Assembly (NCBI GenBank): GCA_964035545.1
Contig: OZ037768.1
Location: 7,038,741 to 7,102,740, forward strand
Length of the DNA stretch: 64,000 nt
Direction: 5' to 3'
Origin: Bugula neritina
Lineage: Eukaryota; Animalia; Bryozoa
A program made the translations under genes and the position numbers. Of this stretch, positions 12,001-24,000 are shown piece after piece. How positions within the stretch are numbered: position 1 is the stretch's first letter; every line of letters starts with the position of its first letter. The notes beneath the pieces were generated by a model. The model was not told the DNA's origin. It did not search any database and saw only the letters and a program-made list of their open reading frames with translations.

Positions 12001-15000
12001 GTGTTAGAACTTGTGTATTTATTTCAAATGCTTTACTATACATGGTGTAAAGTTTTCTCCTCTCTAATAAGAACTTGGCTGATGATAGAATTCACAGAGT
12101 TTCACACGTTGTAGGTTGCATGGTTTAAAAATGGAGAGAGATTGAGGGCTTCATCGCGTCTGACCATGAAATACAGTGCGGACGGATACCACACTCTGCG
12201 TATCCGAGATACGGTTGTGTTTGACGAGGGAGTGTATATGGCGCACGCTGTCAACTCTGGTGGAAGTGCTACAACTGCTGCTCAGCTATATATAGACACT
12301 GTGAAAAATATCGATACATCTTCACACATCAGTTCTCAAACACTGACTCTCTTACAAAAGAGGTATGTACTGTATTACAATTGTCTACTAATTAGGAAAG
12401 CAGTTGTTGTAACACTCAAGCCCCAGTGCATGCGAAGTTTGAATACATCTCATCGACGTTGTGTAACATGTTATACTGTTATATACATTAATTATACTCG
12501 TATATAGCAAATGAGTTGCCAATAATCTATAATGTAATATTCAACTTTTTTACATCTTTTTTTACAAAAATAGGGCTTGTTACTGCTAGTTGTTTAACTT
12601 TATGGAATACATACAAAAATAGTGCACTTTACTTTTGTTATGAAATAAGTTTGGCACTGGTATGTACAATTCTGTCATCTAGAGAGCATGCTAGAGAAAG
12701 GAAGAGAGACCAGACTGATGGTGGAATAGTAGAGAAATGTTTCCGGCCAGTGTTCAAGAGTGTGCCCTCTGATCAGACTGTTAAGGAAGGGACGTGTGTG
12801 CGCTTCGACTGTGTGGTGTCAGCCAGACCTCAGGCTGAGGTTGTCTGGTACCGGAATGGTCATCCGGTGGTTCAGGATCGACTCCACAAGGTGAGACAAA
12901 TCTGATGCTCGTCTTAATAAATAAGCTCTGCATCTACTTTATGGTGGCTGAGATTTTATAGTTTTACTTTTGTACAAGTCTGCGTGAAGATATTTTAGTG
13001 AGTAGAGTTACTCAAATTTGTTACTTGTATAAAGACATAGGCAATACATGTTCTATGATGGAACTGTTAAGTGTTAACTTGAAATTGTTGTTCATATAGG
13101 ATTAAATGTATTTCTACAGCTACAATATGCATATGCTCTAAATTCAAATCAAGAAAATATGTTTTAAATATCAGCAATTTTGATATTACAGATTGTTGTG
13201 AATGAGAATGGGATAAACTCGTTGATAATAAAGTCTGTGGCCCTTGCTGATGGCGGCCAGTATGTGGTGGCTGCAGAGAACAAAGCAGGTAGAGCAGAGT
13301 TCCAACTCAATCTCACTGTACTCGAGAAAGAGCACCACATGCCGCCTAAGTTCACCGAGAGAATACGAGGTGTGAACACTATCTCCGGACAGGATATTGT
13401 CCTGAGTTGTGCATGTACAGGTAATCCCGCGCCTCATATCACTTGGACAAAGGATAATCAGTATATCAAAGATGATGAAAAACACAGGTATTATTATATT
13501 ATATACTCATATGTTTGTGTGTTTCCATGCATTAGTGTTTGATTTTCTAATTTTATATGTTTTTGATTGGATGCAAAAATTAGCGAATGCTTTTATTTCT
13601 TTGTAGTTTTTTAGGTTTTCAAAATAAGAAATGCTTTTTTAATACAATTAGAGAACTTTTTAAACTGCAATTTTTTTGCATAACTATTTTTTTATTTTTA
13701 AGCTTTTCAGGGTTTTTAATAATCTTTTTTTTTAATTTTGATTCAATTGTGGGAATCCTTGTCTGCATGTAGCTCTTCTATATATCTCTATAGGATTGAT
13801 ACACGTGATGGCTGTACTCACTTGGTTATAAAAAATGCTGATGTCAGCGATGCCGGTTGGTACCAATGCTCAGCAGTCAGTGTGGCTGGCAGCGCCACTA
13901 GTCGGGCGAAGGTAGCTGTTGAACCTCCGGCTCAGCCTAAACCACAGGAGTTCAGAATTGTCATCCCAAAGAAGCCAACTAAAGTGTGAGTTGTCTTTCC
14001 TTGACTGGTGTGTTTAGCTGGCATTCAGACAGTATATGCTGCAAGTATTGTAATGTAATGTTTATATATAATTTTTTAATATTTACCATTTTTCCTGACC
14101 CCATGGCTATGGTGCTTTCTAATTCAACTAACTGATATTTCTAGACTTGCCGCTCCTGAAGAACAACTTACAGAAATGCAAGTAGCTCAGCTGTACAGAA
14201 ATCAACTTAGATATAACATACAGCACGTTGATGAGATGTAGGTTCAATACAGTTGCTGTTATAAAAGATAGAGCAAAATGTTTATTGATTTATGTAAAAA
14301 ACTTCTCTCACCCAACACTTTTTATAACATAATAGAGATTAATATTTACTAGATTTACTTAGCATAGAGATGTGCGCATAAGAAAGTAACTCCCAGGGTG
14401 TAGGAAAGCAGAAGTGTAAGATAAATGCATCATGAAGGCTCATTGAAGATTAAATATATATTTTTAAAATATATAATTTGCTTTGTTAGAATATAGTATG
14501 TATATTTTTAAAGTGTACAAAACATTATTTTGGTAAAAATAAGTAAGTCAGAGGTATTTTAATGATACAAACGTCGAAAGGTGGAACAATCTCCTTTAAT
14601 AATATAATAGACATGATTATATGGCAAAGTTGAAATGCGAGTTTGGAAGTTTCATAATACATTCAAAAAAGCGATTGCCAAAGAGAGTTGCTACTGTATT
14701 TGTTGTCACTGCTCACAATCACAATCGTTTTTAGATGTATGGCTACAAGTTCCTCAGCAGGATATAATTTTGATTTTGTTATTGTCTCTTTTAGTGACAA
14801 TACTTCTGATGGACCAGCCCCTATAGTGACTCAGCAGCCACAGCAAAGGTTTGTTTACAGAGGTTCTTGTATGTGATGAGTCACATTAAACAGTTTAGGT
14901 TGATCAGGCCATGTAGTATTGCTGTATTCATGGTATATTAAAACGAACACTCCTTTATTTGTTCAACTAAACAGGGCGGATAATATTTTGCATATTGTGA

Positions 15001-18000
15001 TGTCAGACTATATTTAAGGAAGTTAACAATGTAATAATATCTAATCTGTAGAATATTTTGCTAATAGTCAAGTTTTCAGCTACAGTATGTAGAGTGTTGT
15101 TTTTATGACATTGTCTTGTCTACTTCTGTAGGTGGCCTAATTTCAGCATTTCCTTATGCTTTACTTGTAGTACGCTTACCTTCCCAGCTTAAACTTTATG
15201 TTGTCTCATAAAGTAGAATACAAATAATATATGTTTCCTGCTAAAATTAGATTGGCTTACACTTTAACCTTTGATTTACAGCCATTGTTTTTCTATTTCA
15301 ATTTGTAGTTTTGTTACACGTAAATAGCTTTGCACTCAAATATTTTTTTGAAATGTGGTTTAGGCATTTGAGAAGAATATAAGCTTTGTAAAATTTGCAA
15401 GTTCAACATGATTCAGCTGCTATTATGTTAGTATGCTTTCCCTATCTCAGCTTAACGCAGTATCTCTGTTTAATATTTTAGTTATAAACGGCAGTTTGTA
15501 CCTGTCACTGCTCCTCCCTTGACCACTGTTACCCACCCTTCTCAACCTGTCTATATGATGTCTCCGTATGCTCACCCTAGCTCTTCTAGTTCAGCTCATG
15601 AGTATCATGTGACCTCCACTACTACAGTGACACCACCACAGTTTCATGCACCCACTTCAGTCAACATGCAACGACCCTCTAGACCTCGAGATATTGTTGA
15701 CCAACCGAAAAGGAGGCAAAACAAACAAACGCAAACCCCGCCGATGTCGCCAAACCATTCACCTTACAGGCATTTTAGGTCCACTTCTCGTGAAATTCTT
15801 GATGATTATAGAAGTACCAGTCGTTCTTCAACACGTAGGTCAATAGATCGCACCTTGAGGAGATCTCTATGTCGCAGTTCTGTGGAAAGAAGTCATATAC
15901 GCCGTTCTATTGACAGGAGGTCACTTGATAGATATTTGTCTGACAGCAACCTGTCCACATTGCCTCCAGCACCACCTGGGCATCACTGGGAGTCAACTGA
16001 GTTTGTTAGAGAGTCATCAGTTGTCTCTGATGATGCCTCTGGAGAGCCTGCAGTCATTAGACGCACTTTCCAATTTGAAGAAATCCTCACTCGTGTTCCC
16101 GACACGCCAACGCTTGTTGAAACCAACAGGATAGACCAAGAGTCAACATATGAACAGTGGAGACAGGATGAGCAAAGTAGTGAGTCTTGTGTTGCCTATC
16201 GACCAAGTACATTGAATCCACCTTCAAAAGGATACCACGTGTTCCCACCTACTCCTCTTTATCCATCTCAGTCAACTACTTATCACCTCTCTACTCAACC
16301 TCTAACTCCAACACGTGAGCGGCATAGTTCTCAAGTTGAGTTAGATCTCAGTGTGCCGCGGCCATATGAGTCAACTAAGCCACCTGTACAGCGAACTAGA
16401 TCTGAACCTCAGCTCAACTACCCTATGAGTCAAAAGCCATTTTCTCAGCAGACATATACAGATGTGCAGAGACACAGCAGTCGCACAGATGTCACTCAAA
16501 CTACACATGAAGCGCGAGATCAACCAATTTCTAAACAAAACTTGCAACCAAAATATGAGCCGGTTGAGTTTGAAGTTCAGCTGCCTCGACAACATCTTGC
16601 TCAAACATATTCTGAGAAAAGAGTTGAAGAGTTGCACCAATCTGTTTCTCATACAAATCAAAGTTACAAGTCCCAAGCTGATAGTAACTTAGATGAATTG
16701 TATTTTAGAATACCTAGAAATGTTTCTTCTCAGGTGCCCAGTGATCAAAAACCAGAGTTCATACCAGATCAATTGGATGGGCGTTTTCCAGAAAGGCACA
16801 CAACAGAAGTCAAAATACCTGAAAAACATGCTTCTAAACTGAACTACAAACCACAGCCACGTTTTGAGCCTGTGAGTCTGGACGTGCATTTACCTGAACA
16901 ACAAACAGCCAAGTTTGATTATAAATCTCAACCAAGTTTTGAACCAGTTGAATTTGATGTGAAACTGCCTGATAAACATACTTCTAAAGTTAAATACACT
17001 TCTAAACCAGGGTTTTCTCCAGTAGAGATGAATGTGCAATTACCCAAAAAACACACTGCTAAATTTAACTATAAATCTCGCCCTGAATTTGAGCCTGTAG
17101 AAATGGATGTCAAATTGCCACAACGACATATTTCAAAAGTGGACTATAATTCTGAACCAGAGTTTGAGCCTGTAGAAATAGATGTCAAATTGCCACAACG
17201 ACATATTTCTAAAGTGGACTATAATTCTGAACCAGAGTTTGAGCCTGTAGAAATGGATGTCAAATTGCCACAACGACACATTTCTAAAGTAGACTACAAT
17301 TCCGAACCGGAGTTTGAGCCTGTAGAAATAGATGTCAAATTACCACAACGACACATTTCTAAAGTAGACTACAATTCCGAACCAGAGTTTGAGCCTGTAG
17401 AAATGGATGTCAAATTACCACAACGACACATTTCTAAAGTGGACTATACTTCCGAACCAGAGTTTGAGCCTGTAGAGATGGATGTCAAATTGCCACAACG
17501 ACACATTTCTAAAGTAGACTACAATTCCGAACCGGAGTTTGAGCCTGTAGAAATGGATGTCAAATTGCCACAACGACACATTTCTAAAGTGGACTACAAT
17601 TCTGAACCAGAGTTTGAGCCTGTAGAGATGGATGTCAAATTACCACAACGACACATTTCTAAAGTGGACTATACTTCCGAACCAGAGTTTGAGCCTGTAG
17701 AAATGGATGTCAAATTGCCAAAAAGTCACACGACAAAGCTAAAGTACAAATCTCAACCAGGATTCAAACCCGTGGAAATAGATGTAGAAATGCCTAAGCA
17801 ACACACTGCTAAATTGGATTACAAATCAGAACCTGGGTTCGAGCCAATAGAGATGGATGTAGAACTACCCAAGAAGCATACCACCAAGTTAAAGTACCAG
17901 TCTGAACCTGTTTTTCAGCCAGTGGAAATGGATGTAACATTACCTAGAAGTCACACATCTACAGTGAAATACAAATCGCAGCCAGACTTTGCGCCTGTTG

Positions 18001-21000
18001 ACATGGACATTGCAATGCCACAGCAGCATGTAACTCAAGTGAACTACAGTCAACAGCCGGAGTTTCAACCTGTTGATATTGATGTGAAGCTTCCTAAGCA
18101 GCATCAAACCCAGATTCAATTTGATTCAAAACCAGGTTTTGAGAGGGTAGAGTTGGATATTGAAGTACCTGACCAGCAAGACACACATGTTACTCATGAG
18201 CGCGTGAAGATGAGAACTGTGGTTTCTGATAGCCAGCCATTAGACAGACAAGGCCCTGGATCTCAACCAGTAAATGCAGACATTACTCAGTCGAAACTTG
18301 CAAGCAAACAACCTGACCAGCCAAGGTCAGGTTTACCACCAATTCCTAAGCCGAGGGTGGGCGGACCTACACCACAGCAGATAAGACCCGAGTCTGAAAC
18401 TCCTGAAAGGTATCGGACGACGCAACACATACCCCACTCTCGACCACCTGTTCGAAGATCCACCTCTACAGATCAGAATGATTCCGGAATAGACCAGGGA
18501 GACAGGTAGAACTGCATGTGGACTGCTCTTGCATCATTCACACTAACCTAATGGACTGAAGTGGTTGACTCTCTTCTAACAGTTGTGTGGTTGTTTTTAT
18601 ATTGACGTGTTTTGGTTGATATCTTTGCATGCAGCTCTCTCTTTCTCTCTGTGGTAGCTGAGTGTCAGGTTTGGGCTAGAGGTGACATATTAGTTGTTTC
18701 TGTTTTGAATAGCTTGTGTATGGAATGCGCTTGCTTTTATAAGTTATATTATTGCAGCGGCCGTGATGAGCCAACATTTAAGGTTTTGCCTGCCGCAGAA
18801 ACTGTGGTTGAAGATTTATTCAGCTCTAGCAAGCCTAAAGCACCCTACTTTACTCAAAACCCAAGTGCTGCGGGGGTGAAGGAAGGGCACCCCGTAAGGT
18901 TTGAATGTGTCCTGCAACCAGTGGGAGATCCTAACATGATTGTAGAGTGGTACTGTAATGGCGAACTTGTGAAAGTTGGTAAGTAATTGATATATAAACA
19001 TTTAAACTGTATGTGAATTAGTTGTATCACTGTCGTCACTAAACAGCATAAAATCCTTGGTTGAAAAATTAGATCTTTTTTTCTAATACATAAAAAGTCT
19101 AGCATTGGATTATCAAGGTACACTAAAGATGACTCTAAAATTATTTTATTTTGTGGTTAACTAGCTCATAAAAAATAATTTTAGGCACATATGTAGAATT
19201 CAAAATTGTGCTGCAAGTATAAGAAGAGTGGTTCGCTCACGATGTATACATACAGTAAAATAAACCAGGTTAGCATACTATGTTGTTTAAACTGATAATC
19301 TGGTGTCTACATCCAGGTCACCGGTTCTACGTCAGACATGACTGGAGCTACGTGAGTCTAGAGATTCTGTACTGCTACCCGGAAGATGTCGGTGAATATG
19401 TGTGTGTTGCTAAAAACCGGGTTGGGCAAGCGGAGACAATTCCTGTGACCTTGAATGTAAGAGCACGACGGGCGGTAAACCTGGACACCCAGTTTCCTGA
19501 GGGTATGGAAGGAGTGCACAAGCTACAGGAGCTTGAGGAGCACTGGAGTAGCATGTAAGTAGTCTCTTGTGACTTTAGTGTGATACCCCCTCCTCCCCTA
19601 GATGTGTGGGTCTCAAACTTGGTGAGTGCTGGTTAGTCTATAGCAAGGGCTCCCAACATGTTTTGCTCTGTTCTCCCTTCGAAAGTGTTCAGAAGTTTAG
19701 ATTCTCCCCAAACACTCTTTTAATCACCTGCTTGAAAATCAACCAATAATTGTAATTATAAAACCTTTTTGTAAAAGTATTGGCGCATATGTACATACAC
19801 AAACCTCTCCAACAAGCAACACAGAGCTGTTCATTTGTAATCAATGAGACTTCTGCTGCCGCTCCTCATGTGGTAGAAACAGAATTTTGTAGAAAAATAG
19901 TACATCGTGCAACAAACTCACACCAGTGCAAGACCATAAAATTAGAAATCATACACATCTTTGTTCCTCCTGAATATTGAAAATTCCTCTAAAGAGGGAA
20001 TTCCTGGTCTATAGAGATTAAAGGCATTGGCCTGTGTCCTTATATTGTAACCTCATCTGTGTTAGGTTTTTCACATGTGACAGGCAAGTTGCCTTTGAGC
20101 TGAAAGCACTTGTTAAAACTCAAGTTAATAGAATACCTGGTTTAGTAGCTTTAGCCCATGCCTTCAGATGTTGAATTGCAGTAATTCTAGTGTAAACTGA
20201 ATAGGCCATTGATACAATTAGGTTAATAGATTACAACCTATCTCCAATCTATGTGCACATAACTGACCATATTGCTTTATGTACCTCTTTTTACTACATA
20301 CCTTTATTATTATGTATATTGTTGTATTCTATTATTCAGGTGAAGCATATCTGATGATACCTACACAGTTATTAATTGCATCTTTCTTGATAAAAAAGCA
20401 TGTGCATATAAAGCATGCTTATAAAGACTGCATGAAATCATAGTTTGAAAAGAAAATTAAGATTACTATTGCATGTGCTGAGTTGTTTATTTTTTAAAAA
20501 GTTTTGTGAATTTACTATTTGTTGTTGTTATGCTTATCTCAGAATGTCATGGTATATGTTTTAATAATTTATTTGCCATTGCTATGTCATTGCCATTTGT
20601 TGGTATGGTTGCTTGTATCTGATGTTCTTTTTTTAGCACAATGTTTGATATTGAGGCTATAAAAGATGCTCCCAAAGAGCATTGCGCCCCATACATTGAC
20701 GTGAAGCCACAGCCAGTTGAGGTGGAAGAAGGAGACTGCGCTAAGTTTATTGCTAGAGTCAGCGGGTACCCGCGACCTAAGATAACCTGGAAGATTAACG
20801 ACAGCGTTGTGGTGACTGTAAGTTGAAAAGTTGATAATTTTGAAAGGAATACAAAAAATATGGTTTGTTTTCACATGCCTAAACGTTGCCAAGCGATAAA
20901 CAATGTTTTAGCTCAATATAGATAGGTGATTTATAACTTGAATTTTATTGAAAATTTCTCCAAGTAGAGGTAATGTAACTTGATGCAAGTTTGTTTTATA

Positions 21001-24000
21001 TTGTATGTCCAACATACATATTGGTAAATCAGAATCTACACAAAATATTATATTAAATTAATCAATAGTGAAATAATATGTTTTGTTGACAGAGTTCAAG
21101 GTTTAAAACACATTACGATGGCCATTGTTATCACTTGGAGATTCCGAAAGTAAGAGAGTACGACCAAGGGACAGTAACAATACACGCCGTCAATAGTCTA
21201 GGGCAGGCAGATAGTACCACCCAACTTGTTGTTCATCCCACAGAAGATTTCAGACTCAAATTGCATCATCAGGATGTGGTTGATACATATGAAGTAAACA
21301 CTCTTTTATAATTTATTAGCTTTGTTTATAGCTTTAGGAAGTGCACAGGTCAACTTCTGAAAACTAAATTTTGCTCTTATACTTACAGTTAAGTTTTGAC
21401 ACAGTGCTCATGTTTCTAAAATATCCTAATGTTTACAAGTAAATTATATTATACATTATATTTATTATATATTCGTATACGTATTTTCATTAAGACAATT
21501 TTTGTTGTGTGATCTGTAGGTTCAACGGCGCAAGTTGTTGGAGTTACGGACCCTTCAACCAGAGATCAAAGTACCAGCCACCACGGTCATACAGATAGAG
21601 CGAGCTGTGCAAGAGAGACAACTTGCTGTTCATGAGTCACCGAAGATTCCCGAGACTCAGTTGAGAAAAGTTGAAAAGCCTGTGGAAACGCAGCCTAAAC
21701 CAGAAGTTGTGGAGGAAACCAAACCTGTACTCAAGTCTGCACCCAAGACTCCACCCAAGCCGAAGCATCCGATTGCACAAGCACCACAGTTCACTAAGCC
21801 ACTGTCACCCGTGAAAGCTGATGAAGGCCAGCCAGTCACTCTGACTGTTGAGTTTGAGGGATTCCCATCTCCCCAGATATCTTGGTATAGAGAAAGCTTT
21901 GAGATTAGACCGTCTAATGATTTCCAGGTTTGTATTCTTTGCTGTGTTGACTGTTTTTTTATTAACAATAGAGTTTTAGTGATTCCACATTTAGCCAGTG
22001 AAAAATTCTCATCTTTAGTACCAGGTGCCCAATGCTAAAAATCTTTTTCCCTGCAGACAAAGTGCTATCAGCCATAGATTTTTATTCGAGACTTTTGTCA
22101 CTTAATGTGTTATTCTGCATTTTAAATGAAAAAGGGTTTGTATTAAAAAAAACTATTAGTTTCTGTAGCGCATATATTTGGCACAAAATGTTGTAAAATA
22201 CTTAAAATCTTTAAACGTCTCAGAATATATTACTGTCATCTTTTTTAGCAAACACACTGTGGTCTGTACTTTGTAGATAACTGTAGACATTGGTAAATCC
22301 ACTTTACACTTACCTGAGGTGTTCCCTGAGGACCAAGGAATGTATATGGTAAAGGCATACAACCAATATGGCATGTCTCAATGTAAAGCCATGCTAGTAG
22401 TAGTTCCTGATGTCAACAAGCAACCTCAAGAGTCTATACCAACATTCACGAGTAAACTATCTGATGTTACGGGGGTTGTGGGTGAGCCCCTCTCTCTCAC
22501 AGTACAGTTGAAAGAACCACCAACACCAACATATCGTGTTGAGTGGTTTAGGGTAAGTCTGAGCGGTTTCTATATCTGCTGCATGAAAAATTGGGCGGTT
22601 ACAGCCAGGGGATTGTATTATATAGGTGCTCTTTTTATTTGATTAACTGAGGCATGTCATTTTTGAACCTTATAATACCAGTTTGAATATTTATAAGTTA
22701 CTAATTTTTTAGAAGAAGTAGTTTAGTTGATTTATGATTATAGTTTTTGTACCCTGAAATATTTGTTTTGCTTCTTTTTTAATGTAGTATATTCTGTGAA
22801 TGTTATACTTAGCCTTGTAGTTACACTTTGACATCTTTGTTTCAAAATATTTCATGTAGCCTACTTCTAAAACTTTATAAATATTGTATTGCAGAACACC
22901 AAGAAGCTTGATATTAGTCCAAGATATAAATTCATCAGTGAAAAGCATATAATAACTCTGCTCATCTATGAGCTGGTGCCAGACGACGCTGGTTTGTATG
23001 AAGTGCGAGTGACCAACAGTGCTGGGACCAACAGGTCTACTGCTAACATCACTGTGCAGAAACCGCGTACACCACTGCCTACACCCCCCTCGGTGGAGTC
23101 TGCTCCTGAAGTACTGCAGCCTCTTAAACCAGACTCAGTAGAAGAAGGAAAACCAGTTACTCTGCAGTGTACCATCAAAGGAGCTCCTGGTATAACATAG
23201 ATCTATTCATTCTATAGCATATGTTGTGTATTCACACATATTTTATGAACATATTTTTTATGCTAAGAATATTTCAAGAAGAGACTGCGTACGCTCTAAC
23301 ATTATTCTGTTCACAGGCTGCGTATGCTCTAAGAATATTCTGTGAAATGCATGTTTGCTTATGTAGTAAGACTGTATCTTTTCAAAATTGTATGGGTTAT
23401 TTAATTTGTGGTAATAACTAAGTAGGTAATATATTTACAACTGATTTCACTGTGCATGTAGGATCCTTGTAAAAGTAGAAAAATGATTTGATTTAGAAAA
23501 ATAGCTTTTTACTTCTCATTTGTAGCAGAGTTGACTTTGACAAGTGAGGATAGTTACATAATATATTTCTCTCTGTCACCATTATATGTTTACTGGCTGT
23601 CTTTGTTTATAGCACCTGCTATTATTTATTTAAAATAGGTTTAGCGGTATATTTACAACTGCTCTTCTATGTTATGTTTTCTTCTACTGCCAAATGTAAT
23701 TTTAATTTTTCTCCCACATGGCCTGTCCTTTCTTTAAAGTAAAAGTAGTAAGTCGGTTGAATTAAGTTTGTATCGTCTCATTTCTAGTTGTTACATGGCT
23801 GGTCAATGGTCAGATGATTAAGCAGTCAAAGTACTTTGACATGAAGACAGACGGTGATAAGCATACGCTGACCATTGCTGAAGCGTTTCCTGAAGACGAC
23901 GGGGAGTATATGGTAACAGCAAAGAACTCGGCTGGCCAAGTCTCATGCAAAGCAACTCTACATGTAAGTTTATATATGTGTGCACCCTGTAAGTGATCAG

